Below, piece after piece: positions 1-8,399 of a stretch of 24,669 nt of DNA. The stretch comes from a virus (Duplodnaviria > Caudoviricetes): the IMG/VR virus record IMGVR_UViG_3300020220_000310, positions 1-24,669 of that record; one strand, 5' to 3'. The notes beneath the pieces were generated by a model. That model saw nothing but the letters and a program-made list of their open reading frames with translations. It was not told where the DNA came from and searched no databases. Position 1 is the stretch's first letter, and each line of letters starts with the position of its first letter. Position numbers and translations under genes: made by a program.

Positions 1-132
1 TGGTGGATGATAACTGAAGTTAACAATATACGTAACCCATTTATCTTACCTGAACCTGGGTCAACAATAAGGTATATCAAACCTGAGTATGTACAGTATG
101 TACTCAGTCAAATTAAAGCACAATTAGTATAA
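1..132 (+). CDS. C-terminal fragment of a baseplate wedge protein (T4 gp53-like / LysM-related), truncated at window start
   Basis: Frame +1 reads WWMITEVNNIRNPFILPEPGSTIRYIKPEYVQYVLSQIKAQLV*. The WWxI..xNNIxNP..G..I pattern is typical of gp53/LysM-like baseplate proteins. The stop TAA (130-132) overlaps the next ATG. Confidence 0.65.
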   Translation, partial: WWMITEVNNIRNPFILPEPGSTIRYIKPEYVQYVLSQIKAQLV

Positions 133-1712
133 TGACAGAAAATATATATAAAGCAATAGACCCGTTTATACCACCATTGTTATCAAATGATGTAACATTT
201 GATAAGAGTGAATATATATTCTGCGTGGTTTTAATTAGTGGTGAGGGGCCATTTTTAAATTTAACTACCGAATCAGTAGTAGGTTTAAATATCAACGACA
301 ACTTAACAAAGTTTACACATACCGGTGAATTAGTTATATTAAATGATAATGATACAATTGAACGTGCATATAACAACCCAGGTGAGTCATATACCACCCG
401 TCAAAAGGATTTAGATCAAACAAATTTGGAATTCTTTTTTAGAGGTGATGGTAGGGATTTAGTATTGGTATTAATTACACCTAGAGACTCTGATGTATCT
501 AACGAACAAGATATACCATCTATAAACAATCCATTTACACTTAAATTTCTTTTTAGCGTAGTTAATATAAGTGATGAAATTACAGCAAGTGGTAAAAAAC
601 TTAAAATTTTAGCACTGCAAGATTTGGATGAAAGAATTTTGCATGAAAAAAATCTCGATTTTTCCACTACAACATTAATACCCGACAAAAATGTTGCCAA
701 TTTAAATAATATAGATAGAGGTGTACTTACCGGTACTATAATAAAACATATTTTATCTTTAACATTAACACAGAACGGTAGTATCACTAATACCAATGAA
801 ATAAAATATGCTGACAACGATGCGTGGGATGATGGAGCGAGCACATTTTTTTATTCATCACCAGCACCATATAATGCATATCAAGACTTATATTACGTGT
901 TACAAAGACATGTAAGTAGAGAAAAATTTGACCCATGCATATTACGAAAAGAACGTAATAACACATGGTCATTAATGGGTTTATCTAATTACTTTAAATA
1001 TAGCTATAATAAAACAACAGACGGGGCGGGTATATTACATATAGAAAAATTTCTATTACAATCAGTAGGTGAATCAGTAAATGTTGTTTTGAAAAAAACA
1101 AGAACACCGACAAATATAATTAACAATACTGGGTTTTTAAATAGTAGTTATATTTCAAATTTTAGACTATATTATTCTGATGCAACTCACTTGCAAGATA
1201 ATATTCTAACTCACATAGTGCATTCATATAATTTAAACGATAAACAATTTAATATCGATTTAGCTAGAAATAATGTGGAAAGTGTTCTACAAACATATGA
1301 TGATTTATATGTTAAACCTTTAAAGGGTGAAAATAACCAACCCGCACCTAATTTTTATATTAACCTTATTCGTAAAAATAATAAAAATGTTAAGAATGTA
1401 TTTACACTTGTTGATTATAGTATTGATCAACGTTTAAATTGGGGTCGTAATTTAGCATTATTAAATGCATTGTATAAAAATCTCACAATTGAATTTACCA
1501 TACAAGGGGTTACAACTAGACAAGCTGGTAGATTTATCAGTATTGATAGAGATGATGCATTACCTTCATCAAAGTTTGATGATCGTTTATTAGGTATATG
1601 GTTTATAGTTAACGTTGAACATATATTCACGAGTAATTCATATCAGAATAAGATAATTGCTGTTAAAACGTATAATTTCAGCCCAGTTGGTGGTAACTCT
1701 AACATTGAATAA
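132..1712 (+). CDS. Baseplate hub / tail-associated protein (gp27-like, contractile tail), 526 aa
   Basis: The C-terminal IEFTIQG..RQAGRFISI...LLGIWFIVNVEHIF...NKIIAVK resembles the end of gp27/GpD-type hub proteins; lies in the baseplate cluster. Confidence 0.55.
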   Translation: MTENIYKAIDPFIPPLLSNDVTFDKSEYIFCVVLISGEGPFLNLTTESVVGLNINDNLTKFTHTGELVILNDNDTIERAYNNPGESYTTRQKDLDQTNLEFFFRGDGRDLVLVLITPRDSDVSNEQDIPSINNPFTLKFLFSVVNISDEITASGKKLKILALQDLDERILHEKNLDFSTTTLIPDKNVANLNNIDRGVLTGTIIKHILSLTLTQNGSITNTNEIKYADNDAWDDGASTFFYSSPAPYNAYQDLYYVLQRHVSREKFDPCILRKERNNTWSLMGLSNYFKYSYNKTTDGAGILHIEKFLLQSVGESVNVVLKKTRTPTNIINNTGFLNSSYISNFRLYYSDATHLQDNILTHIVHSYNLNDKQFNIDLARNNVESVLQTYDDLYVKPLKGENNQPAPNFYINLIRKNNKNVKNVFTLVDYSIDQRLNWGRNLALLNALYKNLTIEFTIQGVTTRQAGRFISIDRDDALPSSKFDDRLLGIWFIVNVEHIFTSNSYQNKIIAVKTYNFSPVGGNSNIE

Positions 1713-1715
1713 ATA
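1710..1715 (+). promoter_or_regulatory. Late-type promoter element TAAATA, 5 nt before ATG 1721
   Basis: Same hexamer and spacing recur before nine genes; resembles the T4 late promoter TATAAATA. Confidence 0.55.
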
Positions 1716-1720
1716 ATAGT

Positions 1721-2611
1721 ATGCCGAGTAGTCAATACTTTAAAACTATAGATCCTTATCTATATAACGTTAATTTATATTACGATAAAAACTATTATCA
1801 AAAATTTTCTAACTATTATAAAGTATTAATTTTCGGTATTGATACACTTAAAACGTTTATTGACTATAATAAGTCTAAAGAATTAAACAACACAATAGCA
1901 GCTAGAATAGATTTATATAATGAATTGAATAAGACTGAGATGGATAAATTCGATCAGTTACAATTTAAAATATACTGGTACGAGAAATTTTTTAATGATT
2001 TTAGTATTATACGTGAAGAATTTTACAAACAAAGTAAAGATAATATTTACTTCAAACAAATTAGTGATAGTATTGGGTTGCTTAGGAATTATTTTACGGT
2101 ACCCGATGATTCCACTTTATTAATCAAAGATACAGATTTTGAAATACAATTTGCTAATGGTATACCTGCTCCAGTCAATGTAGGTTCAAGCGCGTTTTCA
2201 AAACTTAGAACCAACACTATTGCTGTTACAATACAACTCAATTTATTAAACACTATTTTATATAGACAAAATATGTCAAATGTGCAAGGTAATTTTGCAT
2301 ACCCTACTGAAGCACATGGTGAGAATCTAGTAACTGATTACAACCATATTAACAAAATTAAAAATATTGCTAAAGAATCTTTAGAAAAAAGTTTACGCAC
2401 ATATTACGGTAAATTGTATGATTTAATTCTTTTTTACGAAAATTTTAATTACGGTGATTATGAGAAAAATTTAGCAAAAATGGATAAAGGTGCTATAGAA
2501 ATAGATATAGAGGGTACGATTAAAAAAGTAACGTATTTACAACAAGAAGCTGAACAATATATAAACACTGTTAACTTATATTCTCTTTTGACTGCTCAGG
2601 CTGTGAGTTAA
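1721..2611 (+). CDS. Hypothetical protein, probably virion-associated, 296 aa
   Basis: Long ORF with late-type TAAATA upstream; no recognisable motif. Confidence 0.6.
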   Translation: MPSSQYFKTIDPYLYNVNLYYDKNYYQKFSNYYKVLIFGIDTLKTFIDYNKSKELNNTIAARIDLYNELNKTEMDKFDQLQFKIYWYEKFFNDFSIIREEFYKQSKDNIYFKQISDSIGLLRNYFTVPDDSTLLIKDTDFEIQFANGIPAPVNVGSSAFSKLRTNTIAVTIQLNLLNTILYRQNMSNVQGNFAYPTEAHGENLVTDYNHINKIKNIAKESLEKSLRTYYGKLYDLILFYENFNYGDYEKNLAKMDKGAIEIDIEGTIKKVTYLQQEAEQYINTVNLYSLLTAQAVS

Positions 2612-3044
2612 TTTCCACGACTGTATTTTCAGGTGGTACAAACAATTGTTTAAATATTTCATCTCTGGTATATTTGTTTTTTATAGCATCCGGTTTTTGT
2701 TTTAATGTTATATCTAGTAGTTTAATTTCTTTAATAGTATCGTTTTTCTTATTACTAATAACCATTTTTGTTAATGTATCTAACGTTGAGGACGAAGCTT
2801 TTACAAGTTCAGCTAACGAAGCAACCTCTTTAGCATCAGGTGCAGCCTCAACTAATCTCTTTAAATATCCAATAGTGCTAGTGGTATCATTTATAAGCTG
2901 GCTAGCTTTATCAATAACAAATTGTTCAAGATTTTCTTTTGACACTGACGTTTGCTGTGCTAATTCATCAATATTGTTAGCAGCGGTATTGATTCCTTGA
3001 AGCTGTGATATTAATGAATTTATATCGGTAGTATTTTCAGACAT
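2571..3044 (-). CDS. Probable terminase small subunit (T4 gp16-like), 157 aa
   Basis: The helical core EQFVIDKASQLINDTTSTIGYLKRLVEAAPDAKEVASLAELVKASSSTLDTL and the C-terminal TRDEIFKQL parallel the gp16-family layout; size fits; late-type TAAATA on the minus strand at 3050-3055. Confidence 0.45.
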   Translation of the reverse strand: MSENTTDINSLISQLQGINTAANNIDELAQQTSVSKENLEQFVIDKASQLINDTTSTIGYLKRLVEAAPDAKEVASLAELVKASSSTLDTLTKMVISNKKNDTIKEIKLLDITLKQKPDAIKNKYTRDEIFKQLFVPPENTVVEINSQPEQSKENIS

Positions 3045-3070
3045 ACAATTATTTATTAATAATTAAACAG

Positions 3071-3099
3071 TTGATATTCCTATATCAACCCTATATACT
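3071..3099 (+). promoter_or_regulatory. Sigma70-like promoter for dUTPase (TTGATA-17-TATACT)
   Basis: -35 at 3071-3076, -10 at 3094-3099; the -35 lies within the inverted repeat GTTGATAT-TCCT-ATATCAAC (3070-3089). Confidence 0.65.
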
Positions 3100-3108
3100 A
3101 CATAAAAT

Positions 3109-3564
3109 ATGATAGTAGACAAATTGATAAAAATTGAGTTTTTACGCGAACACCCCGATGCTATTTTACCTTTTAGAAATCATCCTGACCCATTTACTGG
3201 TGATACTGGCTACGATATATTTTCTGTGGAAGCTGTCACCGTACCTAAGCACAATAGTGTTGTAGTACCTGTGGGGTTAAAGTTGGCATACGTTACACCG
3301 GGCTATTGGTTTAGAATTGAGCCACGTAGTGGTCTTGGGTTTAAAAAGAATATTCAACCCCATTTAGGTATAATCGATAACCCATATAGGGGCAATATGG
3401 GTGTAAAGTTATACAACTTCGGTGATTTTGATGTAACTATTGACAAAGGTGTTGCAATTGCTCAATTTGTAATATATCAAATACATACAGCAAATGTATC
3501 ATGGACTGATAATGTAACCGAAACCAAACGCGGCGAAAAAGGCTTTGGAAGCTCAGGTATATGA
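3109..3564 (+). CDS. dut: Trimeric dUTPase
   Basis: Motifs GYDI, PRSGL, GIIDNPYRG, AQFV and C-terminal RGEKGFGSSG. Confidence 0.95.
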   Translation: MIVDKLIKIEFLREHPDAILPFRNHPDPFTGDTGYDIFSVEAVTVPKHNSVVVPVGLKLAYVTPGYWFRIEPRSGLGFKKNIQPHLGIIDNPYRGNMGVKLYNFGDFDVTIDKGVAIAQFVIYQIHTANVSWTDNVTETKRGEKGFGSSGI

Positions 3565-4286
3565 TACTAATTGTTAGCACAACAAGAAGTGATTTAGATG
3601 GTTTAAAACAAACCTCACTTACCAAATCACTCCTTACACGTCATCAATCAATAGATTTTGAACATGTTAATGTTGATGATCAAAAAGGTGCACGTGCTAA
3701 TTTAAATGGGTTGTTAGATATATTATATATCTATGAAAATACAACACCTATAGGTAAAGTATATAATAAGGCAATTAGATTTGCACTTAATAATACCATT
3801 TACTCAAAAATACTTTTTGTTCACGATGATGTAATAATAGAAGATAGATCATTTGAACAAAAAGTAATTGAGGGTTTAAAAGTTTATGATATTATAGGTC
3901 TCGCAGGTGGTAGTAATATTACAATTAAAAGACCCTGTTTGTGGCATATAATGTCTAAAGAGAGATACGGTACTGTAGGTCATTTTATTAACGGTCATTG
4001 GTATGGTACAACCTTTGGGCCTTCTAATAATCGAGTAGCACTTATTGATGGTTTGTTTATCGGTATATCTACAGATACGTTAAGAGAAAAACCACTACTT
4101 CGTTTTGATGAAAAATTACCAGGTTTTCATCATTATGATATTGATTTTTGTTTAGCTGCAAATGAACGTAAATGTAAAATAGGTGTTGTGCCAATTATAG
4201 TTACACATCATTCACCGGGTTTACTTTCATTTAACGATAAAAAATACCAAACATCAGAAGATTATTTTATACAAAAATACAAATAA
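3561..4286 (+). CDS. GT-A fold glycosyltransferase (GT2-like), 241 aa
   Basis: YNKAI, ILFVHDDV (DxD-equivalent), IIGLAG, IDGLFI, FDE..GFHHYDIDFC and terminal HHSPG; ATGA overlap with the dUTPase stop. Confidence 0.85.
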   Translation: MILIVSTTRSDLDGLKQTSLTKSLLTRHQSIDFEHVNVDDQKGARANLNGLLDILYIYENTTPIGKVYNKAIRFALNNTIYSKILFVHDDVIIEDRSFEQKVIEGLKVYDIIGLAGGSNITIKRPCLWHIMSKERYGTVGHFINGHWYGTTFGPSNNRVALIDGLFIGISTDTLREKPLLRFDEKLPGFHHYDIDFCLAANERKCKIGVVPIIVTHHSPGLLSFNDKKYQTSEDYFIQKYK

Positions 4287-4311
4287 AAAAAGGCGCTCAC
4301 TTGAGCGCCTT
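4286..4311 (-). terminator. Rho-independent terminator (probably bidirectional) between convergent genes
   Basis: Hairpin AAGGCGCTC-ACTT-GAGCGCCTT (4290-4311) flanked by an A-run (a U-tract on the minus strand) and by a T-rich stretch on the plus side. Confidence 0.8.
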
Positions 4312-4329
4312 ACTGTTTTATTTTAAAGA

Positions 4330-4440
4330 TTACTTACCCTTCTTGACAGATGTAACTGTAGAGGTTGTAGTGGGTTTGATAGTTGTTGCACTCGTAGGTT
4401 TGGTAGGTGCAGCAGTAGCCTTAGATTTAGATGTTGCCAT
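4330..4440 (-). CDS. Small basic Thr/Ser/Lys-rich peptide, 36 aa (MATSKSKATAAPTKPTSATTIKPTTTSTVTSVKKGK), absent from the ORF track
   Basis: ATG at 4440, TAA at 4332-4330; perfect TATAAATA 7 nt upstream and a terminator just downstream. Confidence 0.75.
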   Translation of the reverse strand: MATSKSKATAAPTKPTSATTIKPTTTSTVTSVKKGK

Positions 4441-4447
4441 ACAAACG

Positions 4448-4455
4448 TATTTATA
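4448..4455 (-). promoter_or_regulatory. T4-type late promoter TATAAATA for the 36-aa peptide
   Basis: Plus strand reads tatttata, an exact T4 late consensus on the minus strand. Confidence 0.7.
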
Positions 4456-4482
4456 TATTGATATAATACTTTCAACTTTCTA

Positions 4483-4510
4483 TTGACTTTTTTACAAGTT
4501 TATTTAAAAT
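4483..4510 (+). promoter_or_regulatory. Sigma70-like promoter (TTGACT-16-TAAAAT) for the clamp loader
   Basis: The -10 ends 6 nt before ATG 4517, implying a leaderless or near-leaderless mRNA. Confidence 0.6.
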
Positions 4511-4516
4511 TAAAAT

Positions 4517-5443
4517 ATGTTAGAATTTAACTCTCTTTGGGTGGAGAAATATAGACCTAAACTATTGTGCGATATGGTGTTAGGTAATGAAAATAAGGTT
4601 TTTATTGAAAAATATAGAAACACTGATATACCAACACTTTTATTCACGGGTAACCCTGGTACAGGTAAAACAACGTTAGCTAAAATTATAGTAACAGAAT
4701 TACTTAACACACAATACCTATATATTAATGCTTCTGATGAAAATGGTATTGATACTATACGTACCAAAGTTGTAGGTTTTGCACAAACGAGAGGTTTAAC
4801 TGAAAATGTTAAAGTTATTATTCTTGACGAGGCTGATGGTTTATCACCAGATTCGCAAAGAGCTTTACGTAATGTAATAGAAGAGTACAGTAAACATACC
4901 AGATTTATATTAACTGCTAATTATAAGCATCGTATAATTGACCCATTGCGTAGTCGCTGTCAAACATTTGAATTAACGTATGATAAACTAGCAGTCACAA
5001 AACGTATACAATATATTTTAGATCAAGAAAAGGTAACTTATGATAAGTTAATACTTGATCAAATTGTTAAAGAATTTTTTCCTGATATTAGACAAATAAT
5101 TAACAAAATACAGAAACACACTGTAAACGGTTTACTTCTTAAGGATAGCGAGGGTATTAGTAATGGGTTTGTACAGGATATATACAAATTAATAATTTCA
5201 GGTCACGTATTAAAAGTCAGGCAGTATATGATACAAAAGCAAGAGTTATTTAATAACGACTTTCAAAAGCTTTTGCGTGAGTTGTTTGATTATATCGATA
5301 CGCAAACAATAAAAGAAGACAATAAAAAACTCGCTTTAATATGTATACACGACTACATATATAAAGCGAGCTTTGTTGCTGATCAAGAAATAAATGCTTA
5401 TGTATGTTTTATCAATTTAAGTAAATTATTAACGAATACCTAA
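4517..5443 (+). CDS. Sliding-clamp loader AAA+ ATPase subunit (T4 gp44 / RFC small subunit-like)
   Basis: WVEKYRP, Walker A GNPGTGKT, NASD, Walker B IILDEAD, SRC motif, FPDIR. Confidence 0.95.
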   Translation: MLEFNSLWVEKYRPKLLCDMVLGNENKVFIEKYRNTDIPTLLFTGNPGTGKTTLAKIIVTELLNTQYLYINASDENGIDTIRTKVVGFAQTRGLTENVKVIILDEADGLSPDSQRALRNVIEEYSKHTRFILTANYKHRIIDPLRSRCQTFELTYDKLAVTKRIQYILDQEKVTYDKLILDQIVKEFFPDIRQIINKIQKHTVNGLLLKDSEGISNGFVQDIYKLIISGHVLKVRQYMIQKQELFNNDFQKLLRELFDYIDTQTIKEDNKKLALICIHDYIYKASFVADQEINAYVCFINLSKLLTNT

Positions 5444-6043
5444 GTACATTGAAGTATATGACTTCTTACCACCTTGATCTTCTATTTTGTTTTTGTTACC
5501 GTGTGGTATGTTAACCTGAGTATTTTGTAAAGTTAAATCAGAGTCAGACGTCGCAGACCCTATGGTTGGGGCTTGCGACGTTTTCCTTGTTTGATTTTTA
5601 ACTATTTCTTGTTCATCTTCTTCATATTTAGCTACTTCAACTGGTTTAATCTGTTCTTTGTTATCATATTTAATACTACCTGCAACAGGTGTAAGATTAG
5701 GATAAACATCAATTACTTCTACACAGTCAGGTGGGCATGTTACATATTCATGAAATTTGCCTGGTGATACTTCTTGTGAGAGATCTAAATCAACAATACC
5801 TATCATGTTATCATCATTACCAGGCTGTGCTGATGGGTAATGATTCTTAATATTAGATACACGTATAGGTAAATCAGAAGATGAATACGTGATAAGCTTT
5901 CTCTGCACTTCATCGTTAAGTGCTTTGAAGGATGTTAAGTTTTTGAAATTTTTCTTAAACTTAACAATGTCACCCACTAAAAAGCCACCTCTAGTATTTC
6001 TATTTAAGGTGCTCTCTAAAATTTTTAAGAATTTTTTGTTCAC
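5429..6043 (-). CDS. Hypothetical late protein, 204 aa
   Basis: GTG start with TAAATA 5 nt upstream (6049-6054, minus strand); GGFLVGDIVKFK N-terminus; no family recognised. Confidence 0.65.
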   Translation of the reverse strand: MNKKFLKILESTLNRNTRGGFLVGDIVKFKKNFKNLTSFKALNDEVQRKLITYSSSDLPIRVSNIKNHYPSAQPGNDDNMIGIVDLDLSQEVSPGKFHEYVTCPPDCVEVIDVYPNLTPVAGSIKYDNKEQIKPVEVAKYEEDEQEIVKNQTRKTSQAPTIGSATSDSDLTLQNTQVNIPHGNKNKIEDQGGKKSYTSMYLGIR

Positions 6044-6083
6044 AATATTATTTATGTTCTCGACTTAAAAATTAAATAATGAT

Positions 6084-6569
6084 ATGGGTAATATCAATTT
6101 ATCCCAATTAACCAATACAGTAGTATCAAGCTCTGGATACAAATATTCAGATCTTAATCTTGATATTGATTCACAAAATACGAGAACTGATTATCTTAAC
6201 GCTAACTATTCAAATAACGACCTCAAGGCGCAATACGACCTTGGAGCTATTAAAAATAGTATACGTAATATATTTATAACATTTCCCGGTCAAAAGCTGT
6301 TAAATCCAACGTTTGGATTAAACTTAATGCAGTTTTTATTTTTACCAATATCTGAGGTAACTGCTAATTTAATAGCGCAACGTATAGTTAATGGTATAGT
6401 ATTAAACGACTCCAGAATTGTTGTTAAAAAAGTACGCGTAGAAGCAGTGACAGATGAAAATAGATATAATATCATATTAATGATTACTGTACCATTTATA
6501 AATACATATACGATATTCACATTAAAAGGCACACTCGGTAGCACCGGTTTTAACTTTTATAACTTTTAA
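6084..6569 (+). CDS. Baseplate wedge protein, T4 gp25-like
   Basis: YSDL...AIKNSIRNIFITFPGQKLLNPTFG...DSRI matches the gp25/GpW pattern; TAAATA at 6073-6078. Confidence 0.9.
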   Translation: MGNINLSQLTNTVVSSSGYKYSDLNLDIDSQNTRTDYLNANYSNNDLKAQYDLGAIKNSIRNIFITFPGQKLLNPTFGLNLMQFLFLPISEVTANLIAQRIVNGIVLNDSRIVVKKVRVEAVTDENRYNIILMITVPFINTYTIFTLKGTLGSTGFNFYNF

Positions 6570-6571
6570 AT

Positions 6572-8398
6572 ATGGCTAACAACATACAAAATTACAATTT
6601 AAGCAACACAGGTTATGCAGCATTTGATGCTGTGTCTCTCAAAGATATAATAATTGAGAGATTATCTCGTAACAACGTATTCACAGATCAAAATTACGAA
6701 GGTAGTAATTGGAGTGCGTTTATTGATGTGGTATCCGTATCGTACCATTATTTGATTTATTACCTCAATAAGAATGCTAGTGAATCTATTTTTTCAAAAG
6801 CTCAGATTTACGAAAATATAAATAGTATTGTTAAAAGCTTAGATTATAACCCGCTTGGACCACAAACTTCAGTGTTACCATTTGAAGTGCAAGCTAACGC
6901 TGCATTAGCACCTAACATATACACAATACCAAGATATAGTTATTTTGCATTCAATGGTATCAATTATTCATTTACATCAGATATTACATTTGCTAAAACT
7001 GAAACCGGTGCACAATTATTAACTGATTTTTCTAATAAGAATGTTTTATACGAAGGTAAAATTCAAGAATACCCTCTCTACAGTGCATTAGGTGACAATT
7101 TTGAAGTTATTACATTAACTGTATACGATACAGTTAATAATATTAATACTATTATAGATAATTTTAATATTTTTGTTTACGTTAAACAAGCAGGTACAAC
7201 AAAATGGGAAGAGTGGAAACGTACAACAACATTATACACCGAATCAGGTAATGCAAAAAGATTCTCTGTAAGATTTAATGAGAATCAACGTTACGAAATA
7301 AAGTTTGGTAATGATATAACAGGTAAGAAATTAAATGTAGGTGATTCGGTTGCTGTGTATTATTTAAAAAGTGATGGTACATCAGGTGAGATTGCCGCAA
7401 GTGTATTAGATAGCAACCCTCTTTTCTTTTATAATACACCTCAGTTTGATACAATCCTTGCTGATGTTAAACCATCAACAATAAATTATGCAACCACCAC
7501 AGATGTTAGTAATTTAACATTCACAAATACGGTTGCATCTACACCATACAGTAACCCTGAAACAGTCGATCAAATTAAAATAAACGCTCCCCAGTTAGTG
7601 CGTTCACAATACAGACTTGTTACAAAAGATGATTATCAATCATTTATAAATCGTAATTTTAAAGGTTTTATACATGATGTATATGTTTCTAATAATACAG
7701 ATTATCTTAACGGTCAGTATGCATATTTAAAAAGTATTGGATTAAACAATAGTTTAGAAGATAGTAGAGTTTTACAAAATCAGGTGTTGTATGGTACATC
7801 AACATCATTTAATAATGTGTTTATTTACCTCGTACCAAAACAAACACCGCAAAATTCTACACAAGCAAGAACCAATTTTTTAACAAGTTCTCAAAAACAA
7901 ATTATTCTTGATGAGGTAAACCAGGTTAGTATGCTTACTACTAACCCTATTGTTTTTGACCCGGTGTATATAGCGTTTAATTTAGGTATTGCTGCATCAC
8001 AAGTATACACAGTTGAAGAAGTTGTAAGGGATAGCTATTTAGAAGTTATCGTTGATGATAATATAACCCGTACAAAAACATCTATAATTCAAGATATAGC
8101 AAATACAATTACTAATTTCTTTAGCTTATCAAACAACGTGCTTGGACAAACTATTGATTTTGATCGTTTATCAAATCAAATATTAGCTGTATCTGGAGTT
8201 TTATCGTTTAGCACGGTAAACGGTACTATAAAACGTAACGGTGTAAGTTTAATTTATTATAATGCAATTTACCCTGAAGGCGACAAAAACATAACTCAAC
8301 AAAACTTAACGTTGCAGAAGTTTATGTTCCCTTATTATTATAATGTAACAGATCTTATTAATAAAATACAGGTTTATTACGAAAAAGAAATAATATAA
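6572..8398 (+). CDS. Baseplate wedge protein, T4 gp6-like, 608 aa
   Basis: FTDQNYEGSN, LDYNP, YEIKFGND..GK, YLKSDG..G, ETVDQIKINAP...QYRLVTKDDY are gp6-family motifs; follows gp25. Confidence 0.9.
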   Translation: MANNIQNYNLSNTGYAAFDAVSLKDIIIERLSRNNVFTDQNYEGSNWSAFIDVVSVSYHYLIYYLNKNASESIFSKAQIYENINSIVKSLDYNPLGPQTSVLPFEVQANAALAPNIYTIPRYSYFAFNGINYSFTSDITFAKTETGAQLLTDFSNKNVLYEGKIQEYPLYSALGDNFEVITLTVYDTVNNINTIIDNFNIFVYVKQAGTTKWEEWKRTTTLYTESGNAKRFSVRFNENQRYEIKFGNDITGKKLNVGDSVAVYYLKSDGTSGEIAASVLDSNPLFFYNTPQFDTILADVKPSTINYATTTDVSNLTFTNTVASTPYSNPETVDQIKINAPQLVRSQYRLVTKDDYQSFINRNFKGFIHDVYVSNNTDYLNGQYAYLKSIGLNNSLEDSRVLQNQVLYGTSTSFNNVFIYLVPKQTPQNSTQARTNFLTSSQKQIILDEVNQVSMLTTNPIVFDPVYIAFNLGIAASQVYTVEEVVRDSYLEVIVDDNITRTKTSIIQDIANTITNFFSLSNNVLGQTIDFDRLSNQILAVSGVLSFSTVNGTIKRNGVSLIYYNAIYPEGDKNITQQNLTLQKFMFPYYYNVTDLINKIQVYYEKEII

Positions 8399-8399
8399 T

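Noticed and set aside
4301-4486. Plus-strand 61-aa hydrophobic ORF in the track
   Set aside because: Its TTG start is inside the terminator hairpin; it is the antisense shadow of the minus-strand 36-aa gene, which has a promoter and a terminator.
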